NCBI GenBank assembly: GCA_039920385.1
Contig: JBDSDR010000004.1
Span: 20,125-84,124, forward strand
Direction of reading: 5' to 3'
Origin: Candidatus Saccharimonadales bacterium
Lineage (GTDB): Bacteria > Patescibacteriota > Saccharimonadia > Saccharimonadales > JAUPVS01
DNA length: 64,000 bases
The first letter of the stretch is position 1; every line of letters starts with the position of its first letter. The notes under the pieces are model-generated. The model was given only the letters and a program-made list of their open reading frames with translations. It did no database searches and had not been told where the DNA came from. Shown one piece after another: positions 26,740-36,094 of the stretch. The position numbers and the translations under genes are program-made.

Positions 26740-27074
26740 GAAATTCGGTTCTTGCAGATCACGATAATTTCAGTTAGCAGCTGGTCGGGGATTGGTCGCT
26801 TAACTGTAAATTGTACGGTGCCCTTGGAGGTCTTAAAGCCAGTCAGTTTGGCAGACATTAGCTCGACCGCCTCAGCCCCGGGGAAAATACTCATATGGTC
26901 TTTGAAAGGCGCAAAACCCAGTAGGTATTTACCTTTATACTTTAGGACCGGCATGCCGTAACCAATTGTTTCTTCGGCCTCTGGAACCAATCCTTTAGCC
27001 AGAGATCGGATATGCTCCAGGTTTTGTTTTTGGTCGCTTGGGAGATTTTTTAAGTAATCGTCAATTACAGACAC
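26736..27074 (-). CDS. DUF1801 (YdhG-like) family protein
   Basis: MSVIDDYLKNLPSDQKQNLEHIRSLAK...MPVLKYKGK matches the DUF1801 pattern. Confidence 0.7.
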   Translation of the reverse strand: MSVIDDYLKNLPSDQKQNLEHIRSLAKGLVPEAEETIGYGMPVLKYKGKYLLGFAPFKDHMSIFPGAEAVELMSAKLTGFKTSKGTVQFTVKRPIPDQLLTEIIVICKNRIS

Positions 27075-27082
27075 GGCTAGTC

Positions 27083-27496
27083 TTAAAATGCGCTAAGGAT
27101 TGCTACGGCTGTCATTAGGCATGCAAACGAACCACTCGCCATAATTAGAGCTTTTGTAACCATCCATTTTGGTGGTGTACCGCCAAAGATGATGGCAGCG
27201 ATTTGAGTTGGAACGACAAAACCGACCCAGGCCATAGCGGCCAGCTTGTAGGCCGAGTAGTCTGGAAGCATAAGCATGAGTTTTGCCAAAACAACGGTTG
27301 TAGCAGCAGTAATAATAAGCTGAATTACTAAAAGCGGCATCATTTGTTTTTGAGCAGCCTGCTTATCAGCTTTACTGAGGTCATCAAAGCCGTGAATTTT
27401 ACGCCACAGACTTCCGAAAATCGGCATATACCAGATGGCGCCAATTATAAATTCAGCAACAGTCGCTACAGCCACAGCTAAGTAGTTAATAGTCAT
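27083..27496 (-). CDS. DUF1761-like membrane protein
   Basis: Four TM helices. N-terminal GAIWYMPIFGSLW motif. Confidence 0.6.
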   Translation of the reverse strand: MTINYLAVAVATVAEFIIGAIWYMPIFGSLWRKIHGFDDLSKADKQAAQKQMMPLLVIQLIITAATTVVLAKLMLMLPDYSAYKLAAMAWVGFVVPTQIAAIIFGGTPPKWMVTKALIMASGSFACLMTAVAILSAF

Positions 27497-27630
27497 ATTT
27501 TTTCACCCCTTTACTTTATATATTTTGATTATAGCAAAGTATGCTGTTAATTAGTTTAGATAGTTGGTTCCAACCAGGAGCTATCCCTACACAATTTCCT
27601 AAAAAGTAAAAAATATGTTATAAACTGTAC

Positions 27631-28440
27631 ATGATTGAGTCCGTACTCCTAGAGCTTGAAAACTGGTGTAGGCTCTTGCCTGCAGAAGGTTTAGAGGTCG
27701 ACAATATTTTATCGGGCAGTAGTTATTACAGAAAGACTAATTTCCAAACTCCTTTAGCTGACTTGTCGTATTATCTTTGTATCTTAGGCTCTGGCGCATC
27801 TGGCTTTGCCTACTTCAATGGTAAGCCGGCACCCCACAATCAGCTTATAAGTGTAGTTGATAAGCCGGCTATTGATTTGATGCGCCGTGATTTGGACTGG
27901 CCACTAAGGGTGGCGTTAATTGACGCCGTTTGTGAAGAATATAACAAATACCATAAGATCGAACCAAGTGATAAGTCGGGCAAACGAGGGACCTATCAGG
28001 AAAAGGCCAATTACAGGTCAAAAATTACCACAGATCATGTGCGGACTGGCAAAAAGGTTGTTGTGGTGGGGCTAGTAACGGAATTCGTAAGAGAATTACT
28101 AGAGAAAAAATGCGAAGTCTCGATTAGCGACTTAAGCCCAGAACTTCGCGGCAAAAAAATCCATGGGCTGAGCGTAAACACTCAAGGTAATAAGCGGACT
28201 CTCGAGCTTATTGCAGATGCCGACTATGCGATTGTATCTGGTGCAACCTTGTCGTCCAACACCGTTGATTCGATATTAGAAACAGCCAAAAAATACAATA
28301 CTCACCTCTGTTTTTATCTTGAAACAGGAGGCAATTTGGCGCCGTTTTTACTCAAAGCTGGCGCAAAATTGGTTATCGCTGAAAAGTTCCCTTTCTATGA
28401 TTTACCAGGCGAAACCATATATGAGGTGCACCGAGCATGA
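27631..28440 (+). CDS. Rossmann-like domain protein (DUF4213/DUF364-like)
   Basis: C-terminal half carries a Rossmann signature KKVVVVGLV...DADYAIVSGATLSSNT...CFYLETGG. No nucleotide-binding GxGxxG. The family call is from memory and uncertain. Confidence 0.55.
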   Translation: MIESVLLELENWCRLLPAEGLEVDNILSGSSYYRKTNFQTPLADLSYYLCILGSGASGFAYFNGKPAPHNQLISVVDKPAIDLMRRDLDWPLRVALIDAVCEEYNKYHKIEPSDKSGKRGTYQEKANYRSKITTDHVRTGKKVVVVGLVTEFVRELLEKKCEVSISDLSPELRGKKIHGLSVNTQGNKRTLELIADADYAIVSGATLSSNTVDSILETAKKYNTHLCFYLETGGNLAPFLLKAGAKLVIAEKFPFYDLPGETIYEVHRA

Positions 28441-29216
28441 TCAGAGAGGTCGCCCCCGACGAAGCTCCTCAAGTATTTGGCTTGATGGAGAGAGTCTATG
28501 GAAACCACACTTTAACGGCAGGAGGGGTAGAAGCGTACAGTGCCAGCATCACTAACGGTGATTACATATCTGTTGGTCTGTTTGAAGGCGATAACTTGAC
28601 AGCCCATGCAGGCATTCGGCTTGCCGGTAATTTTGCAATCATCAACGCTTTAGTGGTTGACCCTGATAGACGAGGAGCCGGCATGGGAAAGGCAGTCTTT
28701 GGGGCGCGACTTGAGCGGGTCAGGCAGGAGACATCAGTTGACTTTGTTGCTGGCTATTCGATGACTCAGCATTTATGGAGCCAAAAGCTTTATTCGGATA
28801 AGTTTATGCCTGTTGGTTTAGATATAGGTTATCCCGATATTTACAAAAATAAAGACTCCATTTACAACAGGGGGATGGCATTTAATGCTGAAATCGTATT
28901 GTGCCAGCGATTAACCGACAACAACCATGAGGTCAAGCTAAGCTTAATCCGAGAAAATCAATCACTTGCGCGCCATATCTTAGCTAAGATTGGGGTAGAT
29001 TGTATTTTTGATGACACCCCATCGTCAAACGTTGTTACTAATCCGAATGATACATTTTTGGGCTTTCACCCAGTGGCAGATGGGGGCTTGTTTTTGCCCG
29101 GCTACCTTGCGCAGGGCGTACGCGTTGCGTTTGACGGTATCCAATCATCTAACGATGTTAGGGGTGATTTTATTGAATCAATCAGGTGTAAGTATGAAGC
29201 AGCCATTAGAAATTAA
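28437..29216 (+). CDS. GNAT-family N-acetyltransferase
   Basis: Acetyl-CoA binding motif A (LVVDPDRRGAGMGKAVF, R/QxxGxG/A). 4-nt overlap with the upstream gene. Confidence 0.75.
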   Translation: MIREVAPDEAPQVFGLMERVYGNHTLTAGGVEAYSASITNGDYISVGLFEGDNLTAHAGIRLAGNFAIINALVVDPDRRGAGMGKAVFGARLERVRQETSVDFVAGYSMTQHLWSQKLYSDKFMPVGLDIGYPDIYKNKDSIYNRGMAFNAEIVLCQRLTDNNHEVKLSLIRENQSLARHILAKIGVDCIFDDTPSSNVVTNPNDTFLGFHPVADGGLFLPGYLAQGVRVAFDGIQSSNDVRGDFIESIRCKYEAAIRN

Positions 29217-30057
29217 TATATTATCGTCCGATGGTTATGATCGGCAGAGCCTACCACTTATAGTGAGTACGTTTGAGGATAGGGGCCATCAGGTAAACTT
29301 GATGCCTGTCGAAAATTCTCCCGAAGCCGCCGAAATACTCGATGGCGATGTTTTTATCGATAGAAGTGCTGTTATTGATGTAAACTTTTTCCGAGACATG
29401 GCCCTGGGTTACTTTATGCGCAGAGCCGATAATAAACCGACGCCAGTAATGGTAGACAACCCTTTTTCTACCATGATTTCGTTTGATAAAAGAAAAACTC
29501 ATAGAATGTTTCCAGACTTAATCCCAGAGACATACGATTTAGATGGCGTTACTAACCATGATACTATCTCAAACTTTATAGGGGATGAGTATGTAGTTAT
29601 TAAAGACCCGTTCGGCTGGTACGGAAACGGAATTGTTAGACTTTCACCAGACCAAGCACTTGCGGATTATGGCCTTGCTGAGGGCCTTGTGGTGCAAAAG
29701 TATATACCATTTTCGGAAGGTCTTGGGAGGATATACACCCTGAACTATGAAGCTGATTTTTTGGTTATGGCTAGTTACATGGAAACTCCCGATATTTGGC
29801 GGTCCGGGGAGGGGGCCAAGAGTACTTATAGGCCGGTAGAAGTAACCAAGCCACTGCATGAGTTTGCCCGACAAGTAAGTAAAATCTCAGGGCTGTATTT
29901 AAATGCGATTGATTATATCGACAGCGGAGAAGACAGACTACTCCTTGAAATTAATGCAGTGCCGAATCTCTACGCCCCACATAATAACGTTGGAGCCAAT
30001 TCATTCGAGTTATTTGCCGAACACGTAGAAAGGAGCGCAGCAAGTCGGCGGGTTTAA
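29194..30057 (+). CDS. ATP-grasp ligase (RimK/glutathione-synthetase-like)
   Basis: The track start at 29008 lies inside the GNAT gene. The ATG at 29194 (MKQPLEINIL) gives a 23-nt overlap. ATP-grasp motifs VVIKDPFGWYGNGIVRL and LLLEINAVPN. Confidence 0.78.
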   Translation: MKQPLEINILSSDGYDRQSLPLIVSTFEDRGHQVNLMPVENSPEAAEILDGDVFIDRSAVIDVNFFRDMALGYFMRRADNKPTPVMVDNPFSTMISFDKRKTHRMFPDLIPETYDLDGVTNHDTISNFIGDEYVVIKDPFGWYGNGIVRLSPDQALADYGLAEGLVVQKYIPFSEGLGRIYTLNYEADFLVMASYMETPDIWRSGEGAKSTYRPVEVTKPLHEFARQVSKISGLYLNAIDYIDSGEDRLLLEINAVPNLYAPHNNVGANSFELFAEHVERSAASRRV

Positions 30058-30135
30058 CATCTATCCTCAGTAGGCGCTGGGCGCCAGGAAAAGATTTTAT
30101 CATGTCTATTGCATACCGCTTGGCCATTTGTTTTT

Positions 30136-30672
30136 TCATCCTAGCTTGAGAGCTTCGCCTTCTAGAATCGAGAAGCCTTTTAATATCGAGGTAAGTTCCA
30201 GGTCTTCGTCGGAATCCTTCTTTACGGAGCTATTTCGCCTAGCAAGTTGGCGATTATCAGAAACGGTGCTTAAAACCTCGGCTTTTGTGAACCAGCCATA
30301 TTCGGAATGATCTTCGGGGTTGATAGTTACGTTGTCGTGGGATTGGGTAAATGTAGCAAAGTAAATCACTTCAATTGAGTGGGACTGTTTAATAAGGTTT
30401 TGATAGGTAAAACTAGCAAATGGGTCACCAACACTAATGGACATGCCAAACTCTTCAGTCACTTCTCGTTTAAGGGCGTCGACTATGTCTTCGCCAAAAT
30501 CAACATGCCCACCAGGCATCTCATAGAGCCCAGGAAGGAATTTTTTGGTTTCGGCACGCTTGGCCAGAAAAACTTTTTCGATCCCATTGAATTTATGGTG
30601 GATGAATCCACAAACGCTAATAACTTGTTGTCCTTTGGCGGGGGTTTCACTGTCGTGAGAAATCTTCATCAT
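30136..30672 (-). CDS. NUDIX hydrolase
   Basis: Nudix box GGHVDFGEDIVDALKREVTEEFGMSI. Confidence 0.8.
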   Translation of the reverse strand: MMKISHDSETPAKGQQVISVCGFIHHKFNGIEKVFLAKRAETKKFLPGLYEMPGGHVDFGEDIVDALKREVTEEFGMSISVGDPFASFTYQNLIKQSHSIEVIYFATFTQSHDNVTINPEDHSEYGWFTKAEVLSTVSDNRQLARRNSSVKKDSDEDLELTSILKGFSILEGEALKLG

Positions 30673-30750
30673 ATAACTATAACAATAAACACTTCTTGGC
30701 GAAGTGTTTATGCTTTGGAGGACCAGGTTGGTGGCTGTAGTAACTGGAAT

Positions 30751-31047
30751 CTACTCTTCAGGTACCGAAGCCAGATCTTCAAAAGTTAAGCTACCAGGAC
30801 TGGCAGCGATCAGTAAAAGCTCAGGGTCATCTGGGTCTTGTAATTCGCGTGAGTTAGTCTCATCATGTAACATGCTTGCCCAATAAAGTGCATTCAAAAC
30901 AGTTGCTGGGCTTACATCAACGGCAGTGACGATAGTCACATAAGGGTTATCATCGCCTTCGACGGGCATAGGCACGAGTTCGTGTTGAAGTTTATATTTG
31001 CCCTGTCTTAGGCGTTGCGAAAGTTCTGTAGCTCCGGCTGGGTTCAT
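30751..31047 (-). CDS. hypothetical acidic protein
   Basis: 98-aa ORF on the same strand, downstream of the 31060..31635 gene. A perfect 9-bp hairpin follows its stop. Overlapped by a less plausible plus-strand ORF. Confidence 0.4.
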   Translation of the reverse strand: MNPAGATELSQRLRQGKYKLQHELVPMPVEGDDNPYVTIVTAVDVSPATVLNALYWASMLHDETNSRELQDPDDPELLLIAASPGSLTFEDLASVPEE

Positions 31048-31059
31048 GAGGTTAAACCC

Positions 31060-31635
31060 TTACTTACTAACTGTGAAGCTAGCGATCGCACTGTGGCTGG
31101 TTTTGCCATCGAGTTTAGCGCTAACCCTATAGAAGTAAGTTTGACCGGCGGTAACTGAGACTTTAGGAATTTCTAAAGACTGACCAAAACTGTAGGCATC
31201 AGTCGGCCCTACTTCACCAAGACCTTTAGTAGCATGAAGCGTGGATTTATCTAAATTAGTTGGCGTAGCGCCGTAGTCAAGCCATAATTCCTGGGGAATG
31301 TTTGTTGTTTTGTATACCCCAGTAATTAGTAATCTACCATCAGAGCGCGTCATTTCAGCCTGGCCTGGGATAAGATCAGTATTGATTGAATCAGTCGACG
31401 CAGGAGCTGTTGGTTGTACCGCCGTCGCAGCGTTCTGACTAGCCTTCAGTGCGACAACTTGCGTATTGGCAGCCTTGAGTTTTTGTGTCGCATCTTTGAC
31501 CTTAGAATTTTGCCAATAGTACACACCGTATAGAGCGGTCAGTGCTAGAACCAAACCTATTACAATTCCTAGGTAATTCCTCTTATTCACAGTGGGGGAG
31601 ACGCTGTTGAGCGATTTGTCTGGTTGGTTACCCAT
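31060..31635 (-). CDS. secreted or membrane-anchored hypothetical protein (possible Ig/Fn3-like C-terminal domain)
   Basis: N-terminal TM/signal anchor (LGIVIGLVLALTALYGVYYW). C-terminal beta-rich segment (TAGQTYFYRVSAKLDGKTSHSAIASFTVSK). Confidence 0.6.
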   Translation of the reverse strand: MGNQPDKSLNSVSPTVNKRNYLGIVIGLVLALTALYGVYYWQNSKVKDATQKLKAANTQVVALKASQNAATAVQPTAPASTDSINTDLIPGQAEMTRSDGRLLITGVYKTTNIPQELWLDYGATPTNLDKSTLHATKGLGEVGPTDAYSFGQSLEIPKVSVTAGQTYFYRVSAKLDGKTSHSAIASFTVSK

Positions 31636-31689
31636 AGGGTTAGTATAGCACCTGGATACTATAGGTTACCTAATATATAGAAGACAGAT

Positions 31690-31766
31690 TGGAGGGCCAG
31701 GAGGGACTTGAACCCTCGACACCCTGCTTAAGAGGCAGGTGCTCTAACCAGCTGAGCTACTGGCCC
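31690..31766 (-). tRNA. tRNA-Lys (anticodon CTT)
   Basis: Reverse complement reads GGGCCAG-TA-GCTC-AGCTGGTTA-GAGC-A-CCTGC-CTCTTAA-GCAGG-GTGTC-GAGGG-TTCAAGT-CCCTC-CTGGCCC-T-CCA. Confidence 0.85.
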
Positions 31767-32006
31767 TTATAGAGACTTGTTCAAAGATGGGCTGGCTAGA
31801 GCACGAGTGCTCGTGACTAACTTTTGCAGCAAGCTGCGCCAGCAAAGCTACTGGCCCAAATGTTCATTTGAACCCAGCAATTCTACCATATACCTCTGTT
31901 ATCCGCAAGGCAGCATCGATTAAATAAAATGGTTATGCAAATATGCTGATTTTTGGCTTTAAGGTGTATACTCGTAGTTAACAATAACAATTCAGGGGGA
32001 GAAAAA

Positions 32007-32450
32007 ATGTTCAGTACATTAGCACAAGTAACTTACCAATACACCACGACTACAACTAGTAGTGGCTCGGGTTTTAACCCGGTAGTATCTTTCATTTATT
32101 TAGTCGTGCTCGTGGCCGCCATTGTTGGCATGTGGAAGGTCTTCGAGAAGGCCGGCGAAAAAGGCTGGAAATCTCTTATCCCTATATATAACGCCTACAT
32201 TTTGTTAGAAATCTCTGGCAAGCCAGGTTGGTGGGTTTTGCTTCTTATGATCCCGTTTGTAAACCTTTATGTCGCAATTGTGCAGGCTCTAGAGCTTGCT
32301 AAGCGCTTTGGTAAAAGTGGTACCTTCGGCTTCTTTGGTTTATTCCTGTTCTCATACGTCGGCTATCTAATCCTTGGGTTTGGTGATGCTAAGTATGACG
32401 GTGGTCGTTACAACGCTGCCGCTAAGCCAGCTGCTCCAGTCAGCCAATAG
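32007..32450 (+). CDS. DUF5684-like small membrane protein
   Basis: Start at GGGGGAGAAAAA ATG (the track start at 31953 is unsupported). Thr/Ser-rich N-terminus and three TM helices. The WKVFEKAG..W...IPIYN motif is typical of the DUF5684 family. Confidence 0.55.
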   Translation: MFSTLAQVTYQYTTTTTSSGSGFNPVVSFIYLVVLVAAIVGMWKVFEKAGEKGWKSLIPIYNAYILLEISGKPGWWVLLLMIPFVNLYVAIVQALELAKRFGKSGTFGFFGLFLFSYVGYLILGFGDAKYDGGRYNAAAKPAAPVSQ

Positions 32451-32461
32451 TATTTAGGCTT

Positions 32462-32500
32462 TCCAAAAAACGCTCGTCTCTTCGGAGGAGAGCGTTTTTT
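32462..32500 (+). terminator. rho-independent terminator
   Basis: AAAAAACGCTCGTCTC-ttcg-GAGGAGAGCGTTTTTT. A 13-bp stem followed by a U-run. Confidence 0.75.
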
Positions 32501-32518
32501 CATGCTACAATTACAGCG

Positions 32519-33331
32519 ATGCAAAAACTACTAAATGGCCGTGAATTGGCTGACTATATTAAACAGCGCCAAGGTGGCCAGGTTAGGGCTCTTAAGCAGG
32601 CTCATCGGTTACAGCCTAAGTTGGCAATTATTGTTTGTGTCGATAACCCGGTCATCGAAGTCTACATTAAGCTAAAAACTCGCTATGGGGCTGATATAGG
32701 CGTTGAGGTCGAGATACATCGGGTCAAACAGCCTGAGATGCCGCAACTAATCGAAAAGCTTAATAAAGATGACTCTGTACACGGCGTCATTACACAGTTG
32801 CCGCTAGAAGATCCCAAGCAAACCGACCAAATAACTAATTTAGTTAGTCCGCAAAAAGACGTTGACGCTCTGGGTAAAAAGGCAATTTATGACCCGGCCA
32901 CTGCTCTGGCTATTATGTGGCTACTGGCGGGTTACAATATTGATCTTCGCGGAAAACATATTTTACTGATTGGTCGTGGCAAGTTAGTTGGTGCTCCACT
33001 CGAACGAATGCTCAATACATCTGGCCTAGATGTTGAGGTTGCCACAAGGGAAGTCGATGACTTAAAGCTTAAATCTCTGCAGGCCGACGTTATTATTACT
33101 GCTACTGGTAGCCCAGCCATCCTATACCCAGAGATGATTAAAGCCGGCGCAGTTGTGGTTGATGCTGGCGTTGCTAGCGAAGATGGCAAAACGGTGGGGG
33201 ATCTAGCACCAAGCGTCTATGAACGCGATGATCTGATCGTCACTCCTGTAAAAGGTGGCGTTGGCCCACTAACTGTTTGCGCACTTTTCGAAAATGTTAT
33301 TCGAGCCGCACAAAGCCAGATTACTAAATGA
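32519..33331 (+). CDS. folD: bifunctional methylene-THF dehydrogenase / methenyl-THF cyclohydrolase
   Basis: FolD N-terminal catalytic domain (YIKLKTRYG...) and NAD(P) domain (GRGKLVGAPL...VKGGVGPLTVCALFENV). Confidence 0.88.
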   Translation: MQKLLNGRELADYIKQRQGGQVRALKQAHRLQPKLAIIVCVDNPVIEVYIKLKTRYGADIGVEVEIHRVKQPEMPQLIEKLNKDDSVHGVITQLPLEDPKQTDQITNLVSPQKDVDALGKKAIYDPATALAIMWLLAGYNIDLRGKHILLIGRGKLVGAPLERMLNTSGLDVEVATREVDDLKLKSLQADVIITATGSPAILYPEMIKAGAVVVDAGVASEDGKTVGDLAPSVYERDDLIVTPVKGGVGPLTVCALFENVIRAAQSQITK

Positions 33332-33981
33332 GAATTGGCGTTTTTGATTCGGGAGTTGGCGGAAAATCTGTGGCTGACGCTATCCATAAAGCCATGCCCA
33401 ATGCTGAAGTCATTTTCGTCTATGATCATGTAAACTTTCCCTATGGCTCCAAAACTACAGAAGAACTTATTTCAATTGTGACGCCAATTTTGCAGGAGCT
33501 TGCTACTAAGACGGATGTAATTGTGGTGGCTTGTAATACCGTTAGTACTAACCTAATCGAACCATTAAGGGAGGCGATTTCTGTACCATTAGTTGCGGTT
33601 GAACCAATGGTTAAAGTGGCTGCCGAGCAGACAAAAACTGGTGTATTTGCAGTTTGTGCTACACCCAGAACATTAGCTAGCGTCCGCTATCAATGGCTGA
33701 AGGATACTTTTGCGATAGGCAAAACTGTTGTAGAACCAGACTGTGCTGATTGGTCACGAATGATCGAAGCTAACTCGATTAATGAACAGAAGATAAAGCA
33801 ACAAATCGATGAAGTTTGTCGGGCCGGAGCCGATGTGGTGGTGCTGGGCTGTACCCACTATCACTGGATAGAAGGGCTGATTACAAAAATCCTAGACGGC
33901 CGAGCTGTGGTTCTGCAGCCAGAAAAAGCGATAATTCGACAGTTAGATCGTATAGCTAAAGAGATTGAACCGATCGTTTAA
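33328..33981 (+). CDS. murI: glutamate racemase (Asp/Glu racemase family)
   Basis: IGVFDSGVGGKSV and VVACNTVST catalytic Cys motifs. Short (217 aa). Confidence 0.78.
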   Translation: MRIGVFDSGVGGKSVADAIHKAMPNAEVIFVYDHVNFPYGSKTTEELISIVTPILQELATKTDVIVVACNTVSTNLIEPLREAISVPLVAVEPMVKVAAEQTKTGVFAVCATPRTLASVRYQWLKDTFAIGKTVVEPDCADWSRMIEANSINEQKIKQQIDEVCRAGADVVVLGCTHYHWIEGLITKILDGRAVVLQPEKAIIRQLDRIAKEIEPIV

Positions 33982-35287
33982 ACTGCTCACCACGATCTTG
34001 GTAATTTTTAAACATATCAAAACTGGCGCAAGCAGTTGATAGTAGAACAACATCACCAGGGTGGGCTTGGATGTGGGCGTTCTCTACGATCGTAGCCATG
34101 TCGTTACCGCCGCTTACGATATTCTCGAAGCCAGCCATTTGCAAGGCTTCTCTAATTTTTGGAGCAGTATCGCCAATCAGGACAATCGATCGAACATTAT
34201 GGGTGGCGACGACTTGAGCTAGCCCGTCAAAAGTTGCTTCTTTTTCGGAGCCACCTAATATGACAACTTTTGGCTGCTCGAAGGCTTGAATTGCTACTAC
34301 GGCAGTTTCGGGTGTTGTCCCAAAAGAATCATCATAGTATTTTACGCTGTTAAACTCCCGTACTAGCTCTAATCGGTGTTCGAGGCCTTTAAACTGGCTA
34401 ACCACTTGCTTTATTAACTCAGTGTTATGGTCAACCAGACCCCAGGTTGTAGCGATAGCTGCACAGATATTCTCGAGGTTATGCCGACCGAGTAAACCGA
34501 CCTCGCTGATTTTACAGATGGCCGTCTTGTTCATATAAATTGTGTCCCCATTTACATAGGCGCCAGTAGTTTGTTGGGGTTCGCCTTCGGCCACTGGTAC
34601 GGCGTAAGAAAGCTTGCTGGCGGCCGAGACACTGGCGACTTCTTGAGAGTGGGCATTAGCACGGTTAAAAATTGCCAAGTCATGAATAGTTTGATGCAAG
34701 AACATTTGTTGTTTAGCGACAACGTATTCTTCCATGTCGGTGTGCCAATTTAGGTGTTCCGGCACAACCATTAAACAGACCGCAATTTTTGGTGAAAACT
34801 TAATGTCGATTAGCTGAAAGTTGGCTAACTCTAGCACTACCCAATCAGTTGGCTGGATATTGTCTTTGAGCATGGCTAGAGGCGCAATACCGATATTACC
34901 GCCCAAATGAACCTTTTTGCCAGCGGCTTCTAGTATTTTGGTGACCAAGGTCGAGGTCGTGCCTTTACCTTTAGTGCCGGTAATACCAATGATGTTTTTG
35001 GAGGGGCAGACTTTAAAGAACTCGTTAGTAACGGTGGTAACTTTTTCGAGGATGTGCGGACTATCGGGGTTTGCCTTGATGATATCGTTAGGATGCAGCG
35101 AAGGAATCCGCACTAGTAAATCAAACTGGTCCAAATCTTTTAAGTAATCATCGCCAAACCGCGTCGCATAACCCTCAGGAACTTGTAACTCATTTTGGTC
35201 ACAGATTGTAATCTGATTCTCCGGTTTGTTCCAGTACTCTAGAGCAGCTACGTTCTGGATACCATAACCCAATAGAGCAATTTTCAT
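33956..35287 (-). CDS. murD: UDP-N-acetylmuramoylalanine--D-glutamate ligase (MurD)
   Basis: N-terminal Rossmann domain (KIALLGYGIQN). P-loop GITGTKGKGTTSTL. Mur-ligase C-terminal domain. Confidence 0.85.
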   Translation of the reverse strand: MKIALLGYGIQNVAALEYWNKPENQITICDQNELQVPEGYATRFGDDYLKDLDQFDLLVRIPSLHPNDIIKANPDSPHILEKVTTVTNEFFKVCPSKNIIGITGTKGKGTTSTLVTKILEAAGKKVHLGGNIGIAPLAMLKDNIQPTDWVVLELANFQLIDIKFSPKIAVCLMVVPEHLNWHTDMEEYVVAKQQMFLHQTIHDLAIFNRANAHSQEVASVSAASKLSYAVPVAEGEPQQTTGAYVNGDTIYMNKTAICKISEVGLLGRHNLENICAAIATTWGLVDHNTELIKQVVSQFKGLEHRLELVREFNSVKYYDDSFGTTPETAVVAIQAFEQPKVVILGGSEKEATFDGLAQVVATHNVRSIVLIGDTAPKIREALQMAGFENIVSGGNDMATIVENAHIQAHPGDVVLLSTACASFDMFKNYQDRGEQFKRSVQSL

Positions 35288-35659
35288 TTATTTACCAAGT
35301 TGTTGTTTAACCAGCTCGGCCACCTGACGAGGGGTCATATCGGCCTTCAAGATTACTGCCGCGACACCCTGTTTTTTAACATCTTCGGGGATTTCTTGTT
35401 CGCCCATGTTGGTCAAAATAACCACCTTGATGTTTTTGCCCCAGGTAGTTGCCCGCATCTTCTTGAGCATTTCGTCGCCGTTCATTTCTGGCATCATTAA
35501 ATCTAGTAAAATGACCGTTGGTTTCATGCTTTCGGCCAAAGCCAAACCGACTTTGCCATTCTCGGCAGTCTCAACCTCGTAGCCCTCACCCTCGAACTTA
35601 ATTCGGTACATCTGAGAGATAGCTTGATCATCTTCGATAATCGCAATTTTTGTTGCCAT
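35288..35659 (-). CDS. single-domain response regulator (CheY-like receiver)
   Basis: IAIIEDD...ILLDLMMPEMNG...K motifs. The phospho-acceptor Asp sits in LLDLMMP. No output domain. Confidence 0.85.
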   Translation of the reverse strand: MATKIAIIEDDQAISQMYRIKFEGEGYEVETAENGKVGLALAESMKPTVILLDLMMPEMNGDEMLKKMRATTWGKNIKVVILTNMGEQEIPEDVKKQGVAAVILKADMTPRQVAELVKQQLGK

Positions 35660-35731
35660 ATTCTTATATTACGGTAGAGGCTAGTATTAGACAACTGATT
35701 ATAAGTATGGTTGGAATGATATTATGGGGGT

Positions 35732-36001
35732 ATGAAACAGGATTTAGCAGATTTCAGGAAAAGCTTAGATACTATCGATAACAACTTGGTACTCCTTTTG
35801 GCCGAACGATTTCGGGTGACAGATAAAGTCGGCCAGTACAAAAAAGCCCACAATCTTCCTCCGGTTGACCCAGCTAGAGAAGCCGCCCATCTAGAGGAAA
35901 TAAGACAGCTGGCTATGGAGGCGGGGCTCGACGAAGACTTTGCCCAAAAGTTTTTGAGATTGATAATGGATACTGTCGTCGAAAATCACAAACGCGCCTA
36001 A
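35732..36001 (+). CDS. chorismate mutase (AroQ class)
   Basis: 89-aa all-helical protein. The R...IDxxLxxLLxxR pattern (LDTIDNNLVLLLAERFRVTDKVGQYK) is typical of AroQ. Confidence 0.78.
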   Translation: MKQDLADFRKSLDTIDNNLVLLLAERFRVTDKVGQYKKAHNLPPVDPAREAAHLEEIRQLAMEAGLDEDFAQKFLRLIMDTVVENHKRA

Positions 36002-36094
36002 ACAATGTGTGGCAGTCAGCAAAGTGAGTGATGGGCAGTTTTGATGTATAGTTAGAAGTATCATTGTTATATGTAATAGAAGGCTATCAAATAC

